Shown one piece after another: positions 37,087-47,466 of a stretch of DNA of 64,000 nucleotides. The DNA comes from an uncultured Muribaculaceae bacterium (lineage in GTDB: Bacteria; Bacteroidota; Bacteroidia; Bacteroidales; Muribaculaceae): contig CAKUMB010000001.1 in assembly GCA_934667475.1 (NCBI GenBank), forward strand, positions 279,397 through 343,396, in the 5' to 3' direction. The translations under genes were made by a program, and so were the position numbers. Within the stretch, counting starts at the first letter, position 1; every line of letters starts with the position of its first letter. The notes beneath the pieces are model-generated. The model was not told the origin of the DNA. It searched no databases and saw nothing but the letters and a program-made list of their open reading frames with translations.

Positions 37087-37998
37087 TTAGTTGCCAGCCG
37101 CATCGCCTATTTTGTCCACCTGCTTCTTCAGCCAGTCGGTGGCCGCCTTGGTCACCTTCTTTTTAATGTGGTGGCCCACGGAGTCAATCAGCTTGTTGGC
37201 TGCAGAGTCAACCTCGTTGGGCACATCCGCCTCCATCTTTTCAACCACGGTGTCGGCTTTGTCGGGCGCAGCCACCTCATCGGCCCTGTCGGCCTCGTCG
37301 GTGTCGCCCACATTGGCGCCCATGGCCTTCTCGAGCGCGAGGGCCAAATCCTCTTTGCTGAACGTGAACACATGGCCCAGAATGCCAAACGACAGCGTCT
37401 TGCTCTTACCCATCAGCTCGATGCGGCCCACCGAGCAAACGAAGTAGTTGTCGACGTGGAAACTCGTCTCCATAAATGTGTCGAGAGCCTTGCCTGTGAG
37501 GTATTTCTGCCCCAGCGACAATATTGAGCCCAGTAAACTGTTTTCAGAGTCGTTCACTTGGTCGATGCTTTCGTTAACAAATGCGCGCGCCTCGCTCTTC
37601 ACCGCCTCCTCATGCTTTTCGCTGTTGGGGCACGTGATGGCAAACACCGCGAAAATCACGGCCACCACTGCGGCAATAATCCAGCCTCGGGCGCCATTGC
37701 CCTTGCGCTCGTCAAGAGGCTGCTGTTCATCGGCAGGCTGCTGCCACTGCTGTTGTGGCTGTTGGGCGGCATTCCATTGCGGAGGCTGCTGCCCGTTGTA
37801 TTCACACTGCTGCCACTGTGAGCCGTCGGGTTCGCCAGCTATAATAGCCTGTTCCAGTGCCGGCACCTCGCTGGCCTTGGCCCAGTCCTTCATGCCCTCG
37901 GCCCACACGGGAGTGTCGGGTTTGAGGCCGCGCACCTTCAGTTCCTCGATGCTGAACGGCCCCATTTGCTTGTTGTCAAGAATAATAAAGAATTCCAT
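37087..37998 (-). CDS. GYF-like (DUF4339) domain membrane protein
   Basis: The N-terminus MEFFIILDNKQMGPFSIEELKVRGLKPDTPVW matches a DUF4339/GYF-like module. It is followed by a Q/P-rich linker, one TM segment and a C-terminal domain. The ORF track extends to 38109. Confidence 0.6.
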   Translation of the reverse strand: MEFFIILDNKQMGPFSIEELKVRGLKPDTPVWAEGMKDWAKASEVPALEQAIIAGEPDGSQWQQCEYNGQQPPQWNAAQQPQQQWQQPADEQQPLDERKGNGARGWIIAAVVAVIFAVFAITCPNSEKHEEAVKSEARAFVNESIDQVNDSENSLLGSILSLGQKYLTGKALDTFMETSFHVDNYFVCSVGRIELMGKSKTLSFGILGHVFTFSKEDLALALEKAMGANVGDTDEADRADEVAAPDKADTVVEKMEADVPNEVDSAANKLIDSVGHHIKKKVTKAATDWLKKQVDKIGDAAGN

Positions 37999-38130
37999 AC
38001 ACTTAGAAATTTTCGGCAAAGTTATATCAAATTTCATTATTCCCCATCCCGATTCGCGGTAATCAACGCTTTTTGGGGGAGTTTTGGGGAATTTTTGGGG
38101 AATTTCCAAAAACTGTGTTGGCGTGGTGGA

Positions 38131-38856
38131 TTAGGATCGGCCCAGAAAGTCGTTGAAGGCCTGCTTGTAGCTGTCGCCTATGGGGATGTAGACGTTGCCG
38201 AAGATGATGCGGTTGCGCTCAATTTCGCGTATCTTGCTCTTTTGCACTATGAATGAGCGGTGCACCCTTATGAAGCGCGAGGCGGGTAGCATCTGCTCTA
38301 TCGACTTCATGTTCATGAGCGACAGTATGGGGTGGGGCGACTCTTCGGTGTAGATTTTCACGTAGTCCTTGAGGCCTTCGATGTATTTAATGCTGTTGAG
38401 GTCGATTTGCAGCAGCTTGTATTCGCTTTTCACAAATATGCTCTTGGCTTCGCCGCCGCCACTGGGTGCGGCCTGCTGCTTTTGCCGTGTGAGCGTGAAC
38501 CACTGCAGTGCGCGGTTGCTGGCCTCCAGAAAGTTGACGTAGCTTATGGGCTTCATCAGGTAGTCGAGCGCATTGATGCGGTAGCCGTCGAGGGCATACT
38601 GCTCAAACGCCGTGGTAAACACCACCCGGGTGCCCTCGGGCAGCATGCGCGACAGTTCAAGCCCGTTGAGCTCGGGCATTTGAATGTCGAGGAATGCCAG
38701 GTCCACTGGATTGTCGGTGAGGCCCTTCATGGCATCTACCGCGTTGGAATACTGTCCGCACAGTTCCATAAACGGAATGCGCTTCACATAGCTCACCAGC
38801 AGCTCCACCGCCAGCGGCTCGTCGTCAACTATGGCACACTTCAGAGTCATTTTCAA
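38131..38856 (-). CDS. LytTR-family two-component response regulator
   Basis: 241 aa. The receiver domain is CAIVDDEPLA...DIQMPELNGLE, and the C-terminal half is a LytTR DNA-binding domain. Confidence 0.9.
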   Translation of the reverse strand: MKMTLKCAIVDDEPLAVELLVSYVKRIPFMELCGQYSNAVDAMKGLTDNPVDLAFLDIQMPELNGLELSRMLPEGTRVVFTTAFEQYALDGYRINALDYLMKPISYVNFLEASNRALQWFTLTRQKQQAAPSGGGEAKSIFVKSEYKLLQIDLNSIKYIEGLKDYVKIYTEESPHPILSLMNMKSIEQMLPASRFIRVHRSFIVQKSKIREIERNRIIFGNVYIPIGDSYKQAFNDFLGRS

Positions 38857-39940
38857 TCACTATTTTTGAGTAATATTCCTTGCCGTCGGGAGTGACACCC
38901 TTTTCCCAGGTGTGGCGTCCGGGATACATGATTTCGAGCCGGCGGGCCACTTGCTCGAGCCCTATGCCCGAGCCGCTCTTGTCGTTTCGCTGCTTGGGGT
39001 GGTTGCTGTTGCGAATCTCGCACACCACGTTGTCGCCATCCTTGGCCAGACGCACGCTTATGTAGCCCGTGCCGGCCTGCGACACGCCATGCTTGAAGGC
39101 GTTTTCAATCAGCGAGATGAATATGAGCGGAGCTATGGGCTGCGCGTCGTCGGGCGCGATGCTGATGTCGGTGTCGATTTTCACGCTGCTCGTCACCCTT
39201 ATGCGCATCAGCGCAATGTAGTTTTGCATAAACGCCACCTCCTTGTACAGCGGCACGTAGTTCTGCTGGTTGTCATACAGCACGTGCCGCAGCAGCTTGC
39301 TCAGCTCCTCCACGGCGTGCTGCGCCTTGTCGGCGTCGAATGCTATGAGGGCGTAGATGTTGTTGAGCGTGTTGAGCAGGAAGTGCGGGTTCAGCTGGTT
39401 GCGCAGGTTGCGAAGTTCGCTTTCGGTGCGTATCTTTTCGGCCTCTTTGCGCGCCTCCTCCAAGTGCTGCCACCGCTGTCCCAGCTTAATGGCCACACTC
39501 AGCGCCACTATCAGCATCAGCATTATCACAGTCTGGAAATACATGGGCCACTTGGGCGGCCCGAAGATGCCGCGGGGACGGTGGTGGCGCATTTCGGCAA
39601 TGGGGAAAGAGTCGGCCGTAAGGTGCCACCAGCCCATGGCGAGCCACATGGCGGCGATAATGAGCACCACGTTGGCCGCCACAAACGCGTTGACGCGCTT
39701 GCGGAACAGCAGCCTCGGCACCAGCACCAGCAGGTTGGCGTAGAACACCATCATGTAGCTCATGGGGCTGCCCAGCGAGCGCATGAAGCGGCTCAGCGTC
39801 ACGCTCCACGAGTCGGTGGGGTTGTAGAAGAACAGTGGGAAGAACACCACTATTCCCCAGCACAGCACCTGCACCAGCAGGCTGCGCCGCGTGTATCCGT
39901 CGGGTTGATTGGTGGCTAACATAGTGGGCAAATATAGCAA
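38825..39940 (-). CDS. sensor histidine kinase (LytS/His_kinase-type, pairs with LytTR regulator)
   Basis: N-terminal TM helices. The His_kinase motif is NPHFLLNTLNNIYAL, and the C-terminal half is an HATPase_c domain. It overlaps the response-regulator gene by 32 bp. Confidence 0.85.
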   Translation of the reverse strand: MLYLPTMLATNQPDGYTRRSLLVQVLCWGIVVFFPLFFYNPTDSWSVTLSRFMRSLGSPMSYMMVFYANLLVLVPRLLFRKRVNAFVAANVVLIIAAMWLAMGWWHLTADSFPIAEMRHHRPRGIFGPPKWPMYFQTVIMLMLIVALSVAIKLGQRWQHLEEARKEAEKIRTESELRNLRNQLNPHFLLNTLNNIYALIAFDADKAQHAVEELSKLLRHVLYDNQQNYVPLYKEVAFMQNYIALMRIRVTSSVKIDTDISIAPDDAQPIAPLIFISLIENAFKHGVSQAGTGYISVRLAKDGDNVVCEIRNSNHPKQRNDKSGSGIGLEQVARRLEIMYPGRHTWEKGVTPDGKEYYSKIVIENDSEVCHS

Positions 39941-39962
39941 AAACTTTTGTTACTGCGGCGCG

Positions 39963-41186
39963 TTACTCATATCTAATTGCCTCTATCGGGTCGAGGTTGG
40001 CCGCCTTCTTGGCCGGATACCAGCCGAAGAACACGCCCGTGATGGTGCACACCACAAACGACAGCACCACAGTCCACGCCTCGATGCTGATGGGCCAGTG
40101 GGCGAATGCCTTGACGGCAAATGAGGCCCCCACGCCCATGATCACGCCTATCACGCCGCCGGTGATGCTGATGAGTATCGACTCGATGAGAAACTGGCTG
40201 AGAATGTCGATGCCGCGTGCGCCCACGCTCATGCGCAGACCTATCTCGCGGGTGCGTTCGGTGACCGACACATACATGATGTTCATGATGCCAATGCCGC
40301 CCACTATCAGCGATATGCCGGCTATGCAGGCCAGCAGTGTGGTCATCATGCCGGTGGTGGAGTTCATCATCGAGCTCAGCTCCTCTTGCGAGCGAATCGA
40401 AAAGTCGTCTTCGTCGCTGGCCTTGAGCTTGTGGTCGGCACGCAATATCGAGGTGAGGTCGCTTATGGCAAGGTCGGTGATGTCTTCGGTCAGGGCCGAG
40501 GCGTATATGCCCTGCAGGAAGGTCTGTGCCAGCATTCGCTTCATCACGGTGGTGTAGGGCGCTAGCACGATGTCGTCCTGGTCCATGCCCATCGAGTTGT
40601 ATCCCTTGCTTTTCAGCACGCCCACCACGCGCAGCGGAATCTTGTTGAAGCGTATCACCTGGCCTATCGGGTCGCCGCCGTTGGGAAACAGGTTGTCAAC
40701 TATGGTCTTGCCTATGACGCACACCTTGGCTGCCGACTTGATGTCGGCCTGTGTGAACATCTCGCCCGACTCCACCGACAGCTGCCTGATGGTGAGGTAG
40801 TCGCCGCTCACACCGCTCACGCTGCTCTGGTAGTTGTTGTTGCCCGCAATCAGCTGTCCCGAACTCGACACGCTGGGGCTGACCGCCGCCAGATATTTGT
40901 TTTGGTCCACAATATTCTGGTAGTCGGTGAGGGTGAGCGTCTCCATGTCGTCGGCGCTTTGGCGCGCTCCGCCGGGGCCCTTGTCGGCTCCCGGGTGAAT
41001 CATTATCATGTTAGAGCCCATTTCGGCTATCTGCTTCTGTATGCTCTGCTTCGAGCCTTGGCCTATGGCCAGCATGGCAATCACCGAGGCCACGCCAATG
41101 ATGATGCCCAGCATTGTGAGGAAACTGCGCGTCTTGTTGTTGGCGATGGCCTTGAGGGCTATTTTAAAAAGATTTGTTCCGTTCAT
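39963..41186 (-). CDS. ABC transporter permease (MacB/FtsX-like)
   Basis: 407 aa with an N-terminal TM, a large periplasmic MacB_PCD-like domain and a C-terminal FtsX 3-TM bundle. Confidence 0.9.
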   Translation of the reverse strand: MNGTNLFKIALKAIANNKTRSFLTMLGIIIGVASVIAMLAIGQGSKQSIQKQIAEMGSNMIMIHPGADKGPGGARQSADDMETLTLTDYQNIVDQNKYLAAVSPSVSSSGQLIAGNNNYQSSVSGVSGDYLTIRQLSVESGEMFTQADIKSAAKVCVIGKTIVDNLFPNGGDPIGQVIRFNKIPLRVVGVLKSKGYNSMGMDQDDIVLAPYTTVMKRMLAQTFLQGIYASALTEDITDLAISDLTSILRADHKLKASDEDDFSIRSQEELSSMMNSTTGMMTTLLACIAGISLIVGGIGIMNIMYVSVTERTREIGLRMSVGARGIDILSQFLIESILISITGGVIGVIMGVGASFAVKAFAHWPISIEAWTVVLSFVVCTITGVFFGWYPAKKAANLDPIEAIRYE

Positions 41187-41222
41187 AAAAATAAAGACTC
41201 TGAATGTGTTGTCGGCGCTGTG

Positions 41223-41975
41223 TTAGTCGTCTTGCTGCACGGGCAGGCTGGCCAGCTTTTCGGCGGCGTCCATTATGTGGGGGTTCAGTTCGTCGCTGCG
41301 GATTTTGCCGTCGCGCAGCATGATGTTGCGGCTTGAATACTGGGCAATCTCGGGGTTGTGGGTGACGAAAATGAGCGTGCGCCCCTCGTGATACAGTTCC
41401 TGAAACAGCACCAGAATTTCAAACGAAGTGCGGGTGTCGAGGTTGCCCGTGGCTTCATCGGCGAGTATCACGGCCGGGTCGTTGACCAGGGCGCGGGCTA
41501 TGGCCACGCGCTGCATTTGTCCTCCCGACATCTGATTGCTCTTGTGGTTAAGGCGCGAGCCTAGGCCCACGCGCTCAAGTGCGGCTATGGCACGGCGGCG
41601 GCGTTCCGAGGCGCTCACCGAGGGGTTGTACATAAGCGGCAGCTCCACATTCTCCACAGCCGTGGTCTTGGCCAGCAGGTTGTAGTTCTGAAACACAAAG
41701 CCTATCTTGCGGTTGCGCAATATGGCGCGTTGAGCCTTGCTCATTGAGCGCACCGGCGTGCCGTCGAGGCGGTACTCGCCGCTGGTGGGCGAGTCGAGGC
41801 AGCCCAGAATGTTGAGCAGGGTCGATTTGCCCGAGCCTGATGTGCCCATAATGGTCACAAACTCGCCTTCCCTTATGGTGAACGACACACCGCGCAGCGC
41901 ATGCACCACCTCGTCGCCCACCACAAAGTTGCGTCTTATGTTTTCGAGCTCGATGATTGGTTTCTTGTTGTCCAT
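41223..41975 (-). CDS. ABC transporter ATP-binding protein (MacB/LolD-type)
   Basis: About 250 aa. Walker A is GTSGSGKST, the signature is [15 protein letters not shown], and Walker B is [11 protein letters not shown]. Start taken at [12 protein letters not shown]. Confidence 0.9.
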   Translation of the reverse strand: MDNKKPIIELENIRRNFVVGDEVVHALRGVSFTIREGEFVTIMGTSGSGKSTLLNILGCLDSPTSGEYRLDGTPVRSMSKAQRAILRNRKIGFVFQNYNLLAKTTAVENVELPLMYNPSVSASERRRRAIAALERVGLGSRLNHKSNQMSGGQMQRVAIARALVNDPAVILADEATGNLDTRTSFEILVLFQELYHEGRTLIFVTHNPEIAQYSSRNIMLRDGKIRSDELNPHIMDAAEKLASLPVQQDD

Positions 41976-41998
41976 AAAGCAAAATCGTGGTTTGATGG

Positions 41999-43216
41999 TT
42001 ACTTTTGTCCGTTGCCGCCCTTCTTTTTGTTGCTGCCCGGGCCTTTGGGGGCGAATGGCGACTGCTCGGTGTCGCTGCTCTCGCTGTCGTTGTCGGCCTG
42101 GTCGTCGGCAGCCTGCAGCGACTGTGCCGACACGTCGAGCACCACCTGGGTGTTGAGGTCCACACCGCTCAGAATTTCGGTGCGGGTGCCGTCGGTGATG
42201 CCCACTTCCACCTTGTGGGCCACAAAGGTGTTGCCCTCCAGCGTCCACAGTTTGTGCTCGGCCTTCACGTCTTTAATTTTGTAGCCCTTGCCTATTATGG
42301 CGGGCTCGGGTGTGAAGCGCAGCGCCTTGCTGGGCACGCTGGTCACACCGCTGCGCTCCAGGGTGTAGATGGTGACGTTGGCTGTGAGGCCCGGTTTCAG
42401 CTTCAGGTCTTGGTTGGGGGCGGTGATCACCACCTCATAGGTCACCACATTGTTGGTGGTGGTGGCGTTTTGGCGCACCTGCTTCACCGTGCCGGTGAAT
42501 GTGTCGTCGGGGAAGGCGTCGACGGTGAACGTCACTCGCTGGCCCTCGCGCACCTCGCCTATGTCGGCCTCGTCAACGTCGGCCACCACTTGCATGTCCT
42601 TCAAGTCTTTGGCAATGGTGAACAGGGTGGGGGTGTTGAACGACGATGCCACCGTCTGGCCCACTTCCACCTCTTTCGAAATCACCACGCCGTCGATGGG
42701 CGAGGTGATGGTGGCGTAGCCCAGATTGGTGCACGCCTTGGCCACGCCCTCGGCGGCCACTTTCACCTGCTCTTGGGCTTTGCGGTAGCTTTCAAGGGCC
42801 ACGTCATATTCCGACGCGCTCACCAGCTGCTTGCGGTAGAGCTCGGCATAGCGCGCGTAGTTCTTCTTTTGGTAGTCGAGCTCGCTTTGCGCGCTGCGCA
42901 TGCTGGCCTGCTGAGAGGCCACTTCGCTCTCCAGATTGGTGCGGTCGAGCTCGGCTATCACCTGGCCCTTCTTCACGGTGCTGTTGTAGTCCACATACAG
43001 CTTGCTCACTATGCCCGACACCTGTGTGCCCACGTCCACGGTGGTCACGGCCTCCACGGTGCCGGTGGCGGTGACGCTGGTCTTGATGTCGGCCTGCTCC
43101 ACTCGCGTCTGCTCAAACTGCACTTTGCCTTTCTCTTTGCCGCCCCGCAGCAGCAGGCAGGCGGCTCCTGCAATGGCCACTATGGCCACCACGGCTATAA
43201 TTAGTTTCTTTTTCAT
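41999..43216 (-). CDS. efflux periplasmic adaptor (HlyD/MacA membrane-fusion protein)
   Basis: 405 aa with an N-terminal TM, coiled-coil/lipoyl/beta-barrel MFP regions, and a C-terminal acidic tail. Confidence 0.88.
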   Translation of the reverse strand: MKKKLIIAVVAIVAIAGAACLLLRGGKEKGKVQFEQTRVEQADIKTSVTATGTVEAVTTVDVGTQVSGIVSKLYVDYNSTVKKGQVIAELDRTNLESEVASQQASMRSAQSELDYQKKNYARYAELYRKQLVSASEYDVALESYRKAQEQVKVAAEGVAKACTNLGYATITSPIDGVVISKEVEVGQTVASSFNTPTLFTIAKDLKDMQVVADVDEADIGEVREGQRVTFTVDAFPDDTFTGTVKQVRQNATTTNNVVTYEVVITAPNQDLKLKPGLTANVTIYTLERSGVTSVPSKALRFTPEPAIIGKGYKIKDVKAEHKLWTLEGNTFVAHKVEVGITDGTRTEILSGVDLNTQVVLDVSAQSLQAADDQADNDSESSDTEQSPFAPKGPGSNKKKGGNGQK

Positions 43217-43259
43217 ATCACATTGTTGTTTTTTTGAACGATTGTTGCTGAAAAAACTG

Positions 43260-44636
43260 CTACAGAGCCATCTGTCCGCCCTGGTAGTAGCTGAGCATGG
43301 CGGCGTTGAGCACGGCCATGTATTTTGCCTGAATCATTTGTTGTGCGGCCTTCGAGAGGTTTGTCTTGTCGGTGAGCAGCTGCACAATGTTTTTCAGGCC
43401 CAGGCGGAACTGCTCGCTGGTGAGCTCATAGCTGGTGCGTGCATACTGCACCTGCTCTTTGGCTGCGGCATAGCGCTGCTGGGCGCTGGTGGCCTGCTGC
43501 CAGTAGCCCTCAATCGACTTCCACAGCGTCTTTTGCGAGTCGAGCAGGTCGAGATAGCTGCTCTCCTTTTCCAGGCGCGCCTTGGCAATGGCGTTTTTTG
43601 TCTTGCCGCGGTCGTAGATGGGCACGCTCAGCGTCACGCCCAGCGTGTTGCTCCACTGGCGCTTCAGCTGGTCGAAAAAGCCGCCGTTGCCGGTTATGGT
43701 GTTGGTGCTCATGCCTGCGTTAAGCGATATTGACGGCAGCGAGCCGGCCTTGGCTATCTTCTCGTCGAGTTCGCTGCGGTTCATGGCCAGCTTGCCGGCC
43801 TGTATTTCGGGGCGCAGAGCAAGGGCGGCGGCATAAACGTCGGCCTTGGCTGGCAGTGGGGTGAGCGCATCGGCATCGGTGCCGCTCGTTGCCAACTCAA
43901 GGTCTTGGTCGCCGTCGAGCTCAAGCAGCTGCTTCAGTTGCAGCTTGTAGTCGGCCAGTGTCGACTCGTCGGCCACCAGCTGGTAGCGGTCGGTGGCGTT
44001 TTGCGACTCCAGTTGTGCCACGTCGGCCTTGTTGAGCAGTCCGCTCTTAAACAGTCCGCGTCCGCGGTCCAGCTGCTTTTGCGACAGTTCTATCTGCTCC
44101 TTGTCCTGCTTCACCGTTTCTTGCGCATAGAGGATTTGCACATACAGTTTGGTCACACTCTCTTCCAGATTAAGTTCTTGCGCGCTCACGTTGAGGTCGG
44201 CAATCTGGCTGTTGAGTTGCTGCAGCTTCACGTTGTTGGCCGTTTGGCCGCCGTCATACAGTGGCATCGATGCGCTCAGCCCATAGTCGCCCGTGTAGCT
44301 GTTTTTGTGGTTGGTGCTCACCACCTGCGAGCCGTTGACCATGGCCGAATTGCTTTGAAACGGACGGTTGCTGAAGCCCTGGCTCGTTTGGAACGACACC
44401 TGCGGCAGTCGGGCGCTTTTTGCGTCTTTCACATCGATTTGCGCCGACTGTGCGCTCACGCGCAAGCGGCGCACTGCCACGTTTTGCGTCTTGGCCCGGT
44501 CGATGCACTGCTGCAGCGTCCACTGCTGCGGCAGTGCCGTGGCGGTGGAGTCTTGCGCGGCCATGCCGCTGTGCAGCAGCCATGCGGCCGCGGCTGTTAA
44601 AATCAATATTTTTACCTTCATAACACCTGTTTTCAA
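43260..44636 (-). CDS. TolC-family outer-membrane efflux protein
   Basis: 458 aa with a signal peptide and two TolC-like repeat halves. It lies upstream of the MFP/ABC genes in the same operon. Confidence 0.85.
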   Translation of the reverse strand: MKTGVMKVKILILTAAAAWLLHSGMAAQDSTATALPQQWTLQQCIDRAKTQNVAVRRLRVSAQSAQIDVKDAKSARLPQVSFQTSQGFSNRPFQSNSAMVNGSQVVSTNHKNSYTGDYGLSASMPLYDGGQTANNVKLQQLNSQIADLNVSAQELNLEESVTKLYVQILYAQETVKQDKEQIELSQKQLDRGRGLFKSGLLNKADVAQLESQNATDRYQLVADESTLADYKLQLKQLLELDGDQDLELATSGTDADALTPLPAKADVYAAALALRPEIQAGKLAMNRSELDEKIAKAGSLPSISLNAGMSTNTITGNGGFFDQLKRQWSNTLGVTLSVPIYDRGKTKNAIAKARLEKESSYLDLLDSQKTLWKSIEGYWQQATSAQQRYAAAKEQVQYARTSYELTSEQFRLGLKNIVQLLTDKTNLSKAAQQMIQAKYMAVLNAAMLSYYQGGQMAL

Positions 44637-44865
44637 TAGAATGTGTGGGTTAAAAAATGAGTCTGTTTTTTATGGTGCAAAATTATTCCTGGCTGGGCAA
44701 GGACGCAAATAAGATATACTAAAGGCATTCATTTCATCGACAAATTAGGGCGTAGGGCCGACAAAGCGAGTGTTGACGCTTGGTACATAAAAAAACATGG
44801 CCCGAAGTTTGCTCCGAGCCATGCTATGCTTGCTATCCCTTTGAGAGATATGTGATTACGAATGC

Positions 44866-45573
44866 TTATTTAACCACCTTGAGGGCTTCCTTGGTGCCAT
44901 CGGTGTAGGTGACAACCTTCACGTTGACGCCATCAAACGGAGTTGCGCTCTCAACACCTGTGAGGTTGTAATACTTAACGTTGGCAACCTCTTTGCTGGT
45001 CTCAACTGCGTCAACGCCAGTGGCCTCGAAGAACACCTCAAGCGATTTCAGGTTGAGGCGGGCTTTCTTGGTGTTGCCAGTGGTTACCACAATCTTCGAT
45101 AGTTCGCTGCCGTCGAGCTGGAACTCATATTTGGGGAACACATATTTGCCGTCAACTGTGTCGGCCTTCTCGATGGTGGTTGCGCTCTCTACACCGTTGA
45201 TGATGAACTTGTTGAGGCGGCCTGCCTTGTAGTCGGTTACATAAGCGCTGGCCTCGGCCACAATCTTGTTGGCCTTAACCTTGCCGTTGTTAGAGAGGTT
45301 GATGGTGAGTGAGCCAATTACCTTTGCGGTGTTGAATTTGATGCCCATGGTGCGCTCAGCGCGATAAATCTTCGATGCATTTACCGAGTCGATGTATTCT
45401 GCACCGGCTTCCATTACGCCTGCCTTGGTGAGGAACTCTTCACTTGCAATTGCGGGGCCGTCGACTGCGATCGAGTCATTGCCGTGGAACACGATTTTGT
45501 AGCTTGCTGAAGAAGCGAACGACATTGCTGCTGTAGCCACGAGTGCTACGATAAGGGTAAAAATTTTTTTCAT
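44866..45573 (-). CDS. hypothetical secreted protein
   Basis: 235 aa with a signal peptide. GC content is lower than in the surrounding genes. Confidence 0.55.
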   Translation of the reverse strand: MKKIFTLIVALVATAAMSFASSASYKIVFHGNDSIAVDGPAIASEEFLTKAGVMEAGAEYIDSVNASKIYRAERTMGIKFNTAKVIGSLTINLSNNGKVKANKIVAEASAYVTDYKAGRLNKFIINGVESATTIEKADTVDGKYVFPKYEFQLDGSELSKIVVTTGNTKKARLNLKSLEVFFEATGVDAVETSKEVANVKYYNLTGVESATPFDGVNVKVVTYTDGTKEALKVVK

Positions 45574-45779
45574 AAACGTGTTGTTTTAAAATTATTGTTA
45601 GTGTTAATGTGTTAATCGTGCCGCAAATATACAAAAAAAGATTAAAAGCGCCCAACCAATAGGGCTTAAATTGTTCCCGCGCGATCACGTATGCGTGCGC
45701 GCACGAAAAAAACGCTGATGCTATTCCGGTGTAACGGAGTGTGCATCAGCGCTATAAGAGATATAAAGCAGTTTCTCTA

Positions 45780-46826
45780 TTATTGTTCTTTTATAAGGAA
45801 TATTTCGGTGGGGAAGTGGTCGCTGTAGCCGTTGAGAAACACTCCGCCCGAGTAGGTGCGCAGCGGGTAGCCCTTGCGGTCGCCCTCCTGTGTCTTAAGG
45901 AAGTCGCGGTTGAGCACGTCAGCTCGCATGAATGTGAGCCGTGGCTTGTCGTTGCCCTTGTAGTGCTGCATGAAATATTGCGAAATCACTATTTGGTCAA
46001 ACAGGTTCCACTGTCCCTTGTAGGCCAGTGTGCCTATGCCCTTGTCAAGCTTGTCCCACCAGGGGTTGTAAAGGTCGCCGGGCTGCTTCACATCGGCCGC
46101 GTTGCGCTTGCCGCCAAGGGCCTCTGCCACGCTCTTGTCCATGGGGTCGTCGTTGAGGTCGCCCATGAATATTATGCCCTGGTTGGGGTCATCGCGCAGC
46201 AGCGAGTCGATGGTGCGCCGTGCCATGGCAGCTGCTGCCTCGCGCAAATAGCTCGAGCGCTCCTGTCCGCCCAGGCGCGACGGCCAGTGGTTCACTATCA
46301 CACTCACCTTTTCGCCGGCCAGCATGCCCGTCACGCACATCTGGTCGCGGGTGCGGAAGCTGTCATAGCCCGGAATGTGCAGCGTGGTGTTCACCACATT
46401 CAGCACGCGAAACAGGCGCGGGTTGTAGAGCAGCGCCACGTCGATGCCGCGGCGGTCGGGGCTGTCGTGGTGCACTATCTGCATGTGCCAGTCCTTGATT
46501 TCGGGCTGTCTCACGAGGTCTTGCAGCACGCTCTTGTTTTCCACCTCGCTCACGCCCACTATGGCGGGGCCCATTGGGGTGTGCTTGGTCTTCATCTGGC
46601 TAATGGCGTAGGCCATGTTGTGCTGCTTCGACCAGTATTTCTGGCCGTTCCATTTGCGTGCACCGTCGGGGGTGAACTCACTGTCATACTTGCCGTTGTT
46701 GTTGATGGTGTCGAACATGTTCTCCAAGTTGTAGAACATCACCCCATACACTCCATATCGCTTCTCGGCGCTTATGGCAGCGGTGGCCAGCAGTGCGGCC
46801 ACTATCACCAGCATTATCTTCTTCAT
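45780..46826 (-). CDS. endonuclease/exonuclease/phosphatase (EEP) family protein
   Basis: 348 aa with a signal peptide. EEP motifs are present (N-terminal YNLENMFD, C-terminal SDHFP). Confidence 0.8.
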   Translation of the reverse strand: MKKIMLVIVAALLATAAISAEKRYGVYGVMFYNLENMFDTINNNGKYDSEFTPDGARKWNGQKYWSKQHNMAYAISQMKTKHTPMGPAIVGVSEVENKSVLQDLVRQPEIKDWHMQIVHHDSPDRRGIDVALLYNPRLFRVLNVVNTTLHIPGYDSFRTRDQMCVTGMLAGEKVSVIVNHWPSRLGGQERSSYLREAAAAMARRTIDSLLRDDPNQGIIFMGDLNDDPMDKSVAEALGGKRNAADVKQPGDLYNPWWDKLDKGIGTLAYKGQWNLFDQIVISQYFMQHYKGNDKPRLTFMRADVLNRDFLKTQEGDRKGYPLRTYSGGVFLNGYSDHFPTEIFLIKEQ

Positions 46827-47042
46827 ATTTGCGTGGACTCTGTGTTAGTGTTTATGCGTTGTTGTAATTTATGTCGATAACTTGTGTGGTTTGCAAAAAT
46901 AGCACGATTTTTTTGTAACACAAAGCAGGGCAATTAAAAAAACGCCGCAGTGTGATTTTTTGCTATGGTGTGCCTGGGCGGTGCGGTGCTAATTTTGCGG
47001 CGTAACTAATCGCTAACACAAAATAAATCACACTACACCACC

Positions 47043-47408
47043 ATGCACAACACCAATTCCACCCAATCCACGCCCGAGGCAGCACAGCAGCCGCGGCCCA
47101 CCGCCCAAAAGGCGGAAATCATCGATGAAACCGTGCAAAAGCTCCACCTCGACGAGGCCACAGCGGCTGCTGTAAGGCAAATCTTGGAGCCTGTGGAGCA
47201 CGGCGTGAGCGGCAGCCTTGTGACCCTTGTGGCCAAGGCCCTGAAGCACGACGATGACGTGAAAAACGCCGATGCGGCCGGCTATTTGCGTGGCCGCAAC
47301 GAGAAAATCGAGGTCCTCACCACGCCCGACAGCGCCGGGGCCGAGACCACCCCCGTCAACTTTCCGCGCTATGCCAAGCGCAGCTTTTGGGACGATGTGG
47401 ACTCGTAG
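47043..47408 (+). CDS. hypothetical protein
   Basis: 121 aa and acidic. A TAatTTTG -7-like motif lies at 46990-46997 upstream. Confidence 0.45.
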   Translation: MHNTNSTQSTPEAAQQPRPTAQKAEIIDETVQKLHLDEATAAAVRQILEPVEHGVSGSLVTLVAKALKHDDDVKNADAAGYLRGRNEKIEVLTTPDSAGAETTPVNFPRYAKRSFWDDVDS

Positions 47409-47466
47409 CCAATAAAAAGCAACAACTAACTTTTTTATCCACCAATCAACACACACACTAACCATT

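Noticed and set aside
44640-45780. Moderately lower GC around hypothetical secreted protein 44866-45573 as a second horizontally acquired islet
   Set aside because: The compositional shift is modest compared with the RHS islet, and no mobility or toxin genes are present. It is treated as an ordinary hypothetical gene.
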